In this document: positions 10,303 to 19,327 of the stretch, in pieces | How the letters are laid out: each line of letters opens with the position of its first letter | Position numbering within the stretch: the first letter of the stretch is position 1 | Origin: Patescibacteria group bacterium | Lineage (GTDB): Bacteria; Patescibacteriota; Patescibacteriia; UBA2591; UBA6264 | DNA length: 64,000 nt | Assembly: GCA_021735685.1 (NCBI GenBank) | Contig: JAIPGN010000001.1 | Coordinates: forward strand, 111,669-175,668 | Direction of reading: 5' to 3' | Translations under genes and position numbers: made by a program | The notes under the pieces: model-generated | The model's database searches: none | What the model saw: the letters and a program-made list of their open reading frames with translations, nothing else | Told to the model about the DNA's origin: nothing

Positions 10303-10307
10303 GCCTT

Positions 10308-11549
10308 ATGTTACAATCTAATTTTTTATCAAAAACTTTACGCAAAAATCCCAAAGATAGCGTGGCGATTAGTCATCAATTTTTGGTTCGTGGAGGATAC
10401 ATTCAGCAATTAACTAGCGGTATTTGGAGTCTTTTGCCTCTTGGTTTTCGAGTTTATCAGAAAATAGAGAATATCATTAGAGAAGAGATGACAGCAGTAG
10501 GAGGAGAAGAATTGAGGATGCCCGCCTTGCAACCAAAGGAAATTTGGACAGCGAGTGGGCGCTGGAATAGCATTGATCCTCCTTTGTTTAAATTTAAGGA
10601 TCGTCACAAAAAAGAATTGGCTCTAGGATCTACTCATGAAGAGGTGATAACTAAAATAGCCGGATCTTTCATAGATTCTTATAAGGATTTACCAAAATAT
10701 GTTTTTCAGATTCAGAATAAGTTCAGAAACGAATTGCGTCCTACAGCTGGTTTATTGCGGACTAGGGAATTTGTAATGAAGGACATGTATAGCTTTCATG
10801 CCACTAACCAAGACCTGGACGCTTATTATTTAAAGGTTGCTCAATCTTATAAAAAGCTTTATTCTCGTTGTGGTTTAGAGGCGATGATGGTCAATGCTTC
10901 TTCTGGGACTATTGGCGGAGACTCTTCCAATGAGTTTATCGTAGCCGCGGATTCAGGAGAAGATAATATTTTTCTTTGTCCTGACTGTGGTTGGGCCACC
11001 AACTCCGAAGTAGGAGGCTCTCTTTCTGTTTGCCCTCAATGTCAAGCAAAATTAATTGCCAAAAAGGGTATAGAGGTTGGACATATTTTTAAATTAGGAG
11101 ATACTTATAGCCAAAAGATGAAAGCTTTATTTATGGACGAGAGGGGCAACAAGAAGCCAATTATAGCCGGTTGTTACGGGATTGGCCTAGAAAGACTAAT
11201 GGCCACGGTTATTGAGGTTAATCATGATTCTAAGGGCATTATTTGGCCTCAGGAAATAGCCCCCTTTCAGGTTCATCTTTTGGGGTTAGATTTAGAGGAC
11301 GAAAAGGTTTTATCTCGAGCTCAAGAAATTTATCAAAAACTTAAGTCAATAAATATTGAAGTTTTATTCGATGATCGCAAAGAAACCGCTGGTGTTAAAT
11401 TTAAGGATGCGGACTTAATTGGCATTCCCTGGAGATTGGTGGTCAGCAAGAAAACAGGAGATAAGATAGAGGTCAAAGAGAGGAGAGAAGGAAAAGAAGA
11501 GTTATTTACAGAAAATCAATTATTAGATAAAGTAAAAGCAATTTTTTGA
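10308..11549 (+). CDS. proS: Proline--tRNA ligase, short form lacking the INS editing domain
   Basis: THEE, QIQNKFRNELRP..GLLRTREFVMKD.YSF, IEVGHIF.LG, GCYGIG. Confidence 0.95.
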   Translation: MLQSNFLSKTLRKNPKDSVAISHQFLVRGGYIQQLTSGIWSLLPLGFRVYQKIENIIREEMTAVGGEELRMPALQPKEIWTASGRWNSIDPPLFKFKDRHKKELALGSTHEEVITKIAGSFIDSYKDLPKYVFQIQNKFRNELRPTAGLLRTREFVMKDMYSFHATNQDLDAYYLKVAQSYKKLYSRCGLEAMMVNASSGTIGGDSSNEFIVAADSGEDNIFLCPDCGWATNSEVGGSLSVCPQCQAKLIAKKGIEVGHIFKLGDTYSQKMKALFMDERGNKKPIIAGCYGIGLERLMATVIEVNHDSKGIIWPQEIAPFQVHLLGLDLEDEKVLSRAQEIYQKLKSINIEVLFDDRKETAGVKFKDADLIGIPWRLVVSKKTGDKIEVKERREGKEELFTENQLLDKVKAIF

Positions 11550-11601
11550 ATTGCTGGCAGGCTTGCCTGATAATTTTTAAATAATTGTTTAATCAGAAAT
11601 T

Positions 11602-12633
11602 ATGTTAAAAAAAATTTTTTCTAAAGATATTGCTTTAGATTTAGGGACAACCAATGTTAGGGTTTATGTTCGCGGTAAGGGTTTGGTGGTTAATGAGCCT
11701 ACAGTGGTCGCCATTAATACGAGAAATGATCAAATCGTAGCTATTGGGAGCAATGCTCTTAGGATGTTGGGAAAGGCGCCGAAACATATTTCCGTGATTC
11801 AGCCCTTGGTTAATGGTGTTATTTCTGATTTTGAGGTTACGGAAAAGATGTTGAGGATGATTTTTAATAAAGTTCACCATGATAGCTTTACTTTAATTCC
11901 TCGCCCACGAGTAGTAGCTTCTGTCCCTTTAGATGTTACAGAAGTAGAAAAGAAATCTTTAGAGGATGTTATTTTACAGGCTGGAGCGCGCACGGTTTTT
12001 TTGGTTGAACGGCCAGTGGCATCAGCCATTGGAGCGCGTTTGCCAGTTCAAGAATCAATTGGAAATTTAATTGTAGAACTGGGTGGAGGAATTTCAGAGA
12101 TAGCAGTTATTTCTCTTAATGGAATCGTTGCTCACAAATCATTAAAAGTGGGTGGAGAGTTATTGAGTAAAAATATTATTGATTATGTTCGGGAAAACTT
12201 TGGAGTGTTATTAGGCCAGCAAACCGCAGAAGCCGTGAAAATTAAGATTGGTTCGGCGGCTTCGGTTAGTAAATCACAGGAAATGAAAATTAAGGGTCGA
12301 GATTTAGTCAGTGGATTACCGCGCGAGGTGGTTATTACCGATACTCAAGTTCGAGAAGCGGTTCTGCCTAGTTTAAAAATTATCACGGAGGGAGTTCGAG
12401 ATACAATTGAATCTACACCGCCAGAATTGGTTTCTGATATTTATGAGAGAGGAGTCATTCTTTCTGGAGGAGCCTCTCTTTTAAAGGGATTAGATAAATT
12501 AATTAGAAAAAAAATTAATATTTCAGTTTATTTAGTTGATGATCCTTCCACGGCGGTTATCAGAGGAATGGGCTTAATTTTAGAAGATTTTGATAATTTA
12601 AAAAGCGTTATCATTCCTTCGGCTCGAGATTAA
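11602..12633 (+). CDS. mreB: Second MreB family actin homolog
   Basis: IALDLGTTN, NEPTVVA, ELGGGISE, TPPELVSDI. Confidence 0.92.
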   Translation: MLKKIFSKDIALDLGTTNVRVYVRGKGLVVNEPTVVAINTRNDQIVAIGSNALRMLGKAPKHISVIQPLVNGVISDFEVTEKMLRMIFNKVHHDSFTLIPRPRVVASVPLDVTEVEKKSLEDVILQAGARTVFLVERPVASAIGARLPVQESIGNLIVELGGGISEIAVISLNGIVAHKSLKVGGELLSKNIIDYVRENFGVLLGQQTAEAVKIKIGSAASVSKSQEMKIKGRDLVSGLPREVVITDTQVREAVLPSLKIITEGVRDTIESTPPELVSDIYERGVILSGGASLLKGLDKLIRKKINISVYLVDDPSTAVIRGMGLILEDFDNLKSVIIPSARD

Positions 12634-12653
12634 AAAAATATTAGTTATATTAG

Positions 12654-12686
12654 AAAAGCGAGTTCTGGTTAGGGGCTCGTTTTTTT
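12654..12686 (+). terminator. Probable intrinsic terminator after the second mreB
   Basis: GCGAGTTCT...GGGGCTCGT stem (with G-U pairs) followed by a T run. Confidence 0.55.
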
Positions 12687-12953
12687 AGTGGTGACAAAAA
12701 TCATCATCCTTCGTCTTCTTTTAAAGAAGCTTAAAGTTTAATAATAAATGATAAATTATGACTTTTCTCTTTGGCTGCTATTTAGAAAATAAAAAAAGGA
12801 AAATGACTTATTGGGAGGGAGCCCAAAAAGTTTCCTTATTTAATTTTATTTTTAAATTTAGGTGATAATCTTTCCTCTTTTTGATAAAGTTTATACTTTT
12901 TGAGCCCCGGTCATAAGCAAGCAAAGGGGCTTTTATCTTTTAAAAGGAATAAT

Positions 12954-13784
12954 ATGGAAAATATCATAATTAAATTTTTAATAACTGGTTTAACTGCCCT
13001 AGGGTTGACGGTTTTTCATTCCTTGATTTATGCTTTTTACCTTGAGAGCTCTTTTTTAGCCAAAGAAGAAGTTAATTTACTTAACATTTTTTATTTATTA
13101 TTTTTTGTTTTTCTGGGAAATTGGGGTAAGCGTTTTGTCGACTTTTGGGGAACAAGGTTTTCTTTCTTGCTTTCTTCATTTAGTCAAGGATTAGGATTGA
13201 TTCTTTATGCTTGGGCTTATAGCTTTCTATCTCTTTTATTAGCGGATGCTTTTTTAGCTACAGGAATAATTATTTTTTTAAGTATATTTAGGAAATGGAC
13301 TATTGATTCTTTTTCTGGATCTCCCTTAAAAGAGGAAACGGAAGGCGATCAGTTTGTTTCCGGTTTGAAGCTTTTGATTCTTTGGTCAAGCTTTCTTTGG
13401 GGACAGAAGAATTTAGTTTTGTCTTTTAGTCTTTTTAACTTAATTTATTGGATGACCATGATAGTAGTTGTCTCTTTTCAAGAAGAGAAAAAAAGACAAG
13501 AATTGAAATGGGGGTTTGAATTTAATCGGATTGTAAGAAAAAACATTCTTCTTTTTTGGCAAGCTGATATTTTTTTGTTGACAATCGGTCTCGGATTTTT
13601 GATTGCCCTTAGTTCTTATTTCGTTCAATGTTTTTCTTTTTCTTTACTTGAGATGGTTAGCAAGAAAGAATTTCCTTTGACTAAAATTCAAATTCATTCT
13701 TTAAGGGAAAAATTTTTCAGCATTGGAAAGAAAATGACTTTTTCCTATCCCCGGACCCATACGCTTTATCAAGTAGTGAGATAG
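12954..13784 (+). CDS. Degenerate or truncated MFS-like membrane protein (possible pseudogene)
   Basis: Hydrophobic; GKRFVDFWGTR resembles MFS motif A; only about 276 aa; AAGGA SD-like site before ATG 12954. Confidence 0.5.
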   Translation: MENIIIKFLITGLTALGLTVFHSLIYAFYLESSFLAKEEVNLLNIFYLLFFVFLGNWGKRFVDFWGTRFSFLLSSFSQGLGLILYAWAYSFLSLLLADAFLATGIIIFLSIFRKWTIDSFSGSPLKEETEGDQFVSGLKLLILWSSFLWGQKNLVLSFSLFNLIYWMTMIVVVSFQEEKKRQELKWGFEFNRIVRKNILLFWQADIFLLTIGLGFLIALSSYFVQCFSFSLLEMVSKKEFPLTKIQIHSLREKFFSIGKKMTFSYPRTHTLYQVVR

Positions 13785-13802
13785 AATAAGAGGATTTGAG
13801 AC

Positions 13803-13836
13803 AAAAAGGCTTTCTTTTAGAGAAAGAAAGCCTTTT
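13803..13836. terminator. Bidirectional-type intrinsic terminator
   Basis: AAAAGGCTTTCTTT-loop-AAAGAAAGCCTTTT inverted repeat. Confidence 0.7.
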
Positions 13837-13869
13837 GTTGTGATCATAAAAATGTTATGATGTTTAAAT

Positions 13870-15222
13870 ATGAATGAAGCTTTAAATAAGACTCAAAAAT
13901 TTTTTTTGCGCCTGATTCGTCATAAAGCCTATGGCTTAGCTTTTAATATTATTCGCAAAGGAAGAGCCTCTGATTTGGCTGATTTATTTCGTTATTTAAC
14001 GCCTAAGCAGAAGCAATGGTTTGCTGATAGTGTTTTAAAGTCTCATCAATTAGCGGCAGTTTTAAGCGAAATGGAAGATGACCTGGTTGTTCAATTTATT
14101 TCTTTGATTAATAAGAAAGATTTAATTCCAGCTATAGAGAAAATGAATCCAGATGACGCCGCTGATCTTTTTTTGACTCTTAAAGAAGAAGAAAGGCAAA
14201 CTTTACTTCGGAAATTAAATAAAGAGCAAAGATTAACAATTTCGCGCCTTTTGGGCTTTGGGCCTCACACAGCTGGAGGAATTATGACCACGGATTTTTT
14301 AGCTTTGTCTGAGGATGTGACTTCGGCTAAGGCTATTAGTTTGATCAAAAAACAGGAAAGAAGATCAGAAATATTATATATTTACGTTATTGATCATCAT
14401 CAGCAATTAGTGGGAGTGATTTCTTTTCGTCAACTGGTTTTAGCCCAAAGAAACCAGAGGTTATCGAATTTAATGGAAAAGGATCCTATTTCCATTTCTG
14501 TAGACGAAGATCAAGAAGAAGCTAGTTCTAAGATTGCTAAATATAACTTATTAGCTTTGCCGGTAGTTGACGATCATCATTGTTTGGTGGGACAAATTAC
14601 CGTGGATGACGCTATGGATGTTCTTTATGAAGAAGCTACCGAGGATATCTATCATTTGGCTAGTTTGGACACAGAGGAGCATGTTAGCACGCCGGCGCTT
14701 CATTCTACTCGTTTAAGATTTCCTTGGTTAGTTCTCAATCTTTTAACTTGTATTTTGGCGGCTTTGTCAGTTAGTTTTTTTGAAGAAACTATAGAAAAAT
14801 ATGTGGTTCTGGCTGTACTGTTGCCGGTGGTGGCGGGCATGGGAGGTAATGCTGGTACACAATCTTTGGTAGTAGTCACCAGAGGGTTGGCTCTAGGAGA
14901 GATTGATTGGCGTTCAGGCATAAAGACCATCTTTAAAGAAATTAAAGTTGGCTCTCTGAATGGTTTTCTTTTGGGAGTGATGATGGCGGTAATCACTTTT
15001 CTTTGGTATCATAATTTAGCCTTAAGTTTGGTTATTTTTTTGGCCATGTTGGGCAATTTGTTTATTGCTGGACTTTTTGGTTCTTTGGTTCCGCTTTTCT
15101 TAAGAAAATTAAAATTAGATCCTGCTTTAGGATCTTCAATTTTTGTGACCACAGCCACAGATGTTTTTGGCTTTGTTTTTTATTTAGGTTTGGCGACTTT
15201 ATTGATAAATTTTATTATTTAA
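13870..15222 (+). CDS. mgtE: Magnesium transporter MgtE
   Basis: MgtE_N, CBS pair (TAGGIMT, ITVDD), RFPWL, GMGGNAGTQS, LDPA...FVTTATDV. Confidence 0.96.
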   Translation: MNEALNKTQKFFLRLIRHKAYGLAFNIIRKGRASDLADLFRYLTPKQKQWFADSVLKSHQLAAVLSEMEDDLVVQFISLINKKDLIPAIEKMNPDDAADLFLTLKEEERQTLLRKLNKEQRLTISRLLGFGPHTAGGIMTTDFLALSEDVTSAKAISLIKKQERRSEILYIYVIDHHQQLVGVISFRQLVLAQRNQRLSNLMEKDPISISVDEDQEEASSKIAKYNLLALPVVDDHHCLVGQITVDDAMDVLYEEATEDIYHLASLDTEEHVSTPALHSTRLRFPWLVLNLLTCILAALSVSFFEETIEKYVVLAVLLPVVAGMGGNAGTQSLVVVTRGLALGEIDWRSGIKTIFKEIKVGSLNGFLLGVMMAVITFLWYHNLALSLVIFLAMLGNLFIAGLFGSLVPLFLRKLKLDPALGSSIFVTTATDVFGFVFYLGLATLLINFII

Positions 15223-15233
15223 TTTAATTAATT

Positions 15234-15455
15234 ATGATTTTAGAACAACTTTCTTCTCAAGATTTTTGGTTTCTCTTGATTTTGGGTCTTTGGATTTTGC
15301 CTTGGAAAGGAATTGCACTTTGGCGAGCCGCTCGCCGTTCTGAAAAATGGTGGTTCGTGGTTTTATTAGTTTTAAACACTTTAGCTGTTTTAGAAATTAT
15401 ATATATTTTTGTTTTCAGCCGGAACAAAAGAAAATTTTTTCCTGAGGAGAATTAA
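15234..15455 (+). CDS. Small membrane protein (DUF5652-like)
   Basis: W.LPWKGIALWRAARR..KWWF..LL.LNTL..LEIIYIF pattern. Confidence 0.75.
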   Translation: MILEQLSSQDFWFLLILGLWILPWKGIALWRAARRSEKWWFVVLLVLNTLAVLEIIYIFVFSRNKRKFFPEEN

Positions 15456-15461
15456 TTTTTT

Positions 15462-15507
15462 AAAACAAAAAAGACAAAAGGAAAAAACTTTTTGTCTTTT
15501 TTGTTTT
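15462..15507. terminator. Bidirectional terminator between convergent genes
   Basis: AAAACAAAAAAGACAAAAG...TTTTTGTCTTTTTTGTTTT inverted repeat. Confidence 0.7.
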
Positions 15508-17714
15508 TAATTTTCTAGCTTCAAAGAGATTAATTTTGAGGTTCCATTCTTTTGCATACTTACTCCGTAAAGAACATCTGCAATCTCAATGATTTCTTGA
15601 TTATGAGTAATTACAATGAATTGAGTATGGGGACGAAGCTCTTTAATGATTTGGGCGAATTTTGCTGAATTTTCAGGATCTAGAGAAGCTGCTACTTCAT
15701 CTAAGATGACAAAAGGGGGTTTATTAATGGAGATAATAGCAGCAATGAGAGCGAGAGATGTTAAGGCCTTTTCCCCGCCAGAAAGCATGGAAATATTTTT
15801 TATTTTTTTGTTAGGAGGGGTAGCCAAAATTTCAATTTCTTTTTTCTCTTCCGGAGAAGAATCTTCTTTTAATTGGATTTTAGCTTGACCTCCGTTAAAT
15901 ATAATTTTGAAATATCGATCAAAAGCTTGGTTAATTTTATGGAAACTTTCTCGAAACTGATTTTTGATTTTTTCTTCTAACTCTTGGTTGATTTTATTTA
16001 AAGATTTAATACTAGTTTTTAAGTCGTTGCTTTGTTTTTCCAAGAAATTATATCGTTGCTGAACGCGGGGATATTCTTGAAGAACCTCGGGGTCAATTCC
16101 TCCAATAATTTCTAATTGATATTTTAATTGTTCTATTTTTTGTCGGGAAATATCTGAAGAGACATTTATCTCTTTTTTTGTTTTTTCTTCTTTGATTAGA
16201 TTGATTGTGTTTTGGTCTAGATTTTTAATTTCATTTTTGATTTCTTCTTCCAGGCCCTGTTCCTTGGTTTCGAAGCGAGCTAGTTCAATTTTAAGTTGGT
16301 TGGTTTGGTATTCAATCTCTCCTAATTTTTTTTGTGAATTTGATATTTTTTCTTGCCAGTCAAAAATCTCTTTTTCTTTTTCATTAATGGCGTGAGAAAG
16401 GTCTTTAATCTCTTTTTGAAATTTTTCTAATTTTTGGTTAGCAATTATTATTTTTTCTTTAATCTCTTCTTGTTGTTTTTTGAGCCCTTGTAACTCTCCT
16501 TTTTCTTCAAGATTATCGGAGGTAGTTTCTGCTGAAGGCTCTTTTTCTTGTAAGGAGTCAATAATTTCTTGTATTTGGGCTTGAGATTTATCTATCCATT
16601 TTTCAATTTCTCCCCAATTTTTTTCTTTACTGCTTGCACATTTTTTTATTTTTTCTTGAATGATTTGTAAATTTTTGATGGAATTTATTAATTCTTCTCG
16701 ATCAATTTCTGGCAATTCTTTTATTTTTGCTTTAATGGTGTTTTGAATTTTATTTTGAATCTCGTTTGTTCTTTGACTGAGATTAGCTTGCCGAGAAAGA
16801 AGATTATTTTTTTCTTCTAGCCATTGTTGATATTTTTCTTGAGTTTTTTGGTAGCCTTCTCGGGAAGATTTTTGAAAGGACTGTTTTGAATCTTCTTGGA
16901 ATTTTTTTAATTCTCGAGAAATTTCTTCTTGTTTTTCTTGGTTTATTTTTATTTTTTTTTGAATTTCCTCATTTCTTTGGTGTAATCTTTGCCAAGAATA
17001 TTGGTAATATTTTATTTGTTCCTCAGTTAATTCTTTTTCGATTTCTTTTCTTTTCTCCAGTCTTTTGATTTGGCGAGACAGGGAATTGAGAAGTGGTCTT
17101 ATTTCCGAAAGAATGATAGCTGTTTTTTTAAGGTTTTCTTGGCTTTTAATGATTTTCTTTTGAGCTTTTTCTTGTTTAATTTGGTATTGCTTAACGCTGG
17201 TAGCTTCATCAAAAAAATTCTGTCTTTCTTGGGGTGATAATTCTAGTATTTTTTGTATAGTTCCTTGACTGATAATGCTGTAGCTTTTTTGACCAAATCC
17301 GCTTTTAGCCATAAGAAGAGATATGTCCTGAAGTCTAACTTTATTTTTATTAATCAAATATTCGCTTTCTCCGTTACGATAGAGGCGACGAGTAATAGTA
17401 AACTCTTGATAAGGAAAATCTTGATTATTGTTTTTTTCGTTATTAAAAAATAAAACAACCTCAGCTAAGTTGAGGTGTTTTTTTAAGCCAGATCCAGAGA
17501 AGATAATATCTTCTGATTTTTTCCCGCGCAAGGATTTAAGGCTTTGTTCTCCTAGAGCCCAACGAATAGATTCTCCTAAATTAGATTTTCCTGAACCATT
17601 AGGGCCAATAATAGCGGCGATGCCAGATTGACCAGAGGCGGATCGACTAAATTCAATTACTGTTTTTTGAGCAAAGGACTTAAACCCAATTAACTCTAAG
17701 CGCTGAAGGTACAT
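15507..17714 (-). CDS. smc: SMC family chromosome segregation ATPase, shortened (735 aa from ATG 17714)
   Basis: MYLQRLELIGFKSFA, Walker A GPNGSGKSN, Q-loop IISQG, signature LSGGEK, Walker B VILDE, QFIVITH. Confidence 0.9.
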   Translation of the reverse strand: MYLQRLELIGFKSFAQKTVIEFSRSASGQSGIAAIIGPNGSGKSNLGESIRWALGEQSLKSLRGKKSEDIIFSGSGLKKHLNLAEVVLFFNNEKNNNQDFPYQEFTITRRLYRNGESEYLINKNKVRLQDISLLMAKSGFGQKSYSIISQGTIQKILELSPQERQNFFDEATSVKQYQIKQEKAQKKIIKSQENLKKTAIILSEIRPLLNSLSRQIKRLEKRKEIEKELTEEQIKYYQYSWQRLHQRNEEIQKKIKINQEKQEEISRELKKFQEDSKQSFQKSSREGYQKTQEKYQQWLEEKNNLLSRQANLSQRTNEIQNKIQNTIKAKIKELPEIDREELINSIKNLQIIQEKIKKCASSKEKNWGEIEKWIDKSQAQIQEIIDSLQEKEPSAETTSDNLEEKGELQGLKKQQEEIKEKIIIANQKLEKFQKEIKDLSHAINEKEKEIFDWQEKISNSQKKLGEIEYQTNQLKIELARFETKEQGLEEEIKNEIKNLDQNTINLIKEEKTKKEINVSSDISRQKIEQLKYQLEIIGGIDPEVLQEYPRVQQRYNFLEKQSNDLKTSIKSLNKINQELEEKIKNQFRESFHKINQAFDRYFKIIFNGGQAKIQLKEDSSPEEKKEIEILATPPNKKIKNISMLSGGEKALTSLALIAAIISINKPPFVILDEVAASLDPENSAKFAQIIKELRPHTQFIVITHNQEIIEIADVLYGVSMQKNGTSKLISLKLEN

Positions 17715-17715
17715 A

Positions 17716-18420
17716 TCAATTAAATTTCTTTTCTTTTTTAATTTTTTGGAGAGCTTTTTTAGCGGCATTAACTTCGGCAGCTTGTTTGCTTGAGCCTTGG
17801 CCTACGCTAATTAATTTTTTTTCAAAAAAAACTCCACTTTCGAATTTTTTGGAATGATCGGGACCTTTTTCTTTAAGGATCTGATAAGAAGGAGTGTAGC
17901 CGTATTTTTCTTGTGTTAATTCCTGTAAGTGGCTTTTAGGATCCAAGTAAAGTTCTAGCTTGAGAATCATTTCTAATTGGGTCCATAAATATTTTTCAAT
18001 AAATTTTTGAGCTCCCCCTAGGCCCTGATCTAGATAAAGGGCTCCAATAATTGCTTCAAAAGTATTAGCTAAGACAGCTTGATTTTGTTGATTGTGGAGT
18101 CTAGATTCACCTTTGCTTAAATAAAGATATTGGTTAATTTTTAACTGACCGGCTACTCGAGCTAGAGACTTGGTGTTCACTAGACTAGCGCGCAAAGAGG
18201 TTAGCTCTCCTTCTGGTTTCTGCGGGAATTTTTTATATAATAATTTGGTAATTATTAGCTCTAAAACAGCGTCTCCCAGAAATTCTAATCTTTCGTTATG
18301 TTTCCAGCCAGAAGAAGGGTGCTCGTTGAGATAAGAACGATGAGTTAAGGCTTCTTGTAAAAGAGAATTGTTTTTAAATTCTACTTCAATTTTTTCTTGA
18401 AACTGTTTTAGTTTATTCAT
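17716..18420 (-). CDS. rnc: Ribonuclease III
   Basis: ALTHRS, NERLEFLGDAVL, FEAIIGA, dsRBD DPKSHLQE. Confidence 0.97.
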   Translation of the reverse strand: MNKLKQFQEKIEVEFKNNSLLQEALTHRSYLNEHPSSGWKHNERLEFLGDAVLELIITKLLYKKFPQKPEGELTSLRASLVNTKSLARVAGQLKINQYLYLSKGESRLHNQQNQAVLANTFEAIIGALYLDQGLGGAQKFIEKYLWTQLEMILKLELYLDPKSHLQELTQEKYGYTPSYQILKEKGPDHSKKFESGVFFEKKLISVGQGSSKQAAEVNAAKKALQKIKKEKKFN

Positions 18421-18847
18421 TTTTTTTTATTTCTTCATAAATAGCTCCGAGCACTCCATTGATAAACTTACCGGAAGTATCGCTTCCAAAAGATTTAGCT
18501 ATTTCTACGGCTTCGTTAATGATTACGCGGGGAGGATTTTCTGGAGAAATTAAAAGTTCAAAGATGCCTATTCTAAGAATGTTGCGATCGGTTAAAGTTA
18601 TTTTTTCTAAGGGCCATTGAGGGGCGTATTTAACAATGAGAGAATCTATCTCTTTAACATTGGCTAGAATTTCTTTGACTAATTTTTCAAAAAATTTTTT
18701 TTCTTTAAAAACCGGAGGAGCAAATTCCTTTAAAATGTATTGAATAGTGTTCTCGGTTTCAGTTTTTGGAGAGAGAAAAGATTGATTAAAGTCCCATTGA
18801 CTTAAGACTTGCAGGGCTAGAGTACGGGCTATTCTTCGAGAAGACAT
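18413..18847 (-). CDS. nusB: Transcription antitermination factor NusB
   Basis: RRIAR..ALQ, DRNILRIG, VIINEAVEIAKSFG, FINGVLG. Confidence 0.95.
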   Translation of the reverse strand: MSSRRIARTLALQVLSQWDFNQSFLSPKTETENTIQYILKEFAPPVFKEKKFFEKLVKEILANVKEIDSLIVKYAPQWPLEKITLTDRNILRIGIFELLISPENPPRVIINEAVEIAKSFGSDTSGKFINGVLGAIYEEIKKNE

Positions 18848-18857
18848 AAGTCTTTAG

Positions 18858-19118
18858 TTAATTTTTTATTTTTTTGGAATCTGAAGGATCCTTTTTGGAG
18901 GATGCGGATTTTGTTTTTTTGTTTTCAGCGGATTTTGTTTTTTTATCTAAATCAATAACGTCTCGACCAGAATAAGTCCCGCAAAAAGGACAAGCTTGGT
19001 GGGGTTTTTTTGGTTTTTGACATTGCGGACAAATCGATAAGTTTAATTTTTTAAGTCTAAATTGGTATTGTCTTGTTTTCTGGCGAGTTTTTGATCTTTT
19101 TTGTTTTGGTAAAGCCAT
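18858..19118 (-). CDS. rpmF: 50S ribosomal protein L32 with Lys-rich C-terminal extension
   Basis: MALPKQKRSKTR, CPQC...PH.ACPFCGTY. Confidence 0.95.
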   Translation of the reverse strand: MALPKQKRSKTRQKTRQYQFRLKKLNLSICPQCQKPKKPHQACPFCGTYSGRDVIDLDKKTKSAENKKTKSASSKKDPSDSKKIKN

Positions 19119-19148
19119 ATTATTGTTGATTTATTACTAATTGATTTT

Positions 19149-19176
19149 ATTATATCAGCTTTAATGGTCTTGGCAA
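19149..19176 (-). promoter_or_regulatory. Sigma70-type promoter for rpmF-nusB-rnc-smc
   Basis: Minus strand TTGCCA-N16-TATAAT. Confidence 0.55.
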
Positions 19177-19231
19177 GAGAAAGTTAAAGGGGTTGTTAAT
19201 ATTTAAGATTTGTAATATGATGTTAAGGGGA

Positions 19232-19251
19232 TTATTCACAATTTATTCACA
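19232..19251 (+). promoter_or_regulatory. Tandem DnaA boxes upstream of dnaA
   Basis: TTATTCACA at 19232-19240 and 19243-19251 (11-bp period), plus a degenerate third copy. Confidence 0.75.
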
Positions 19252-19327
19252 ATTTATTAACCTTATTTTTCTTATTTTTTCAAAGAGATTGTGTTATCAT
19301 GAAAATTGAAACTAAGTAATATTTTTT

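Noticed and set aside
13785-13869. M-box (Mg2+) riboswitch before mgtE
   Set aside because: The 85-bp gap is taken up by a simple terminator hairpin
18904-18944. 17-bp direct repeat (24-bp period) in the rpmF tail (KKTKSA twice)
   Set aside because: Simple slippage duplication in a low-complexity tail
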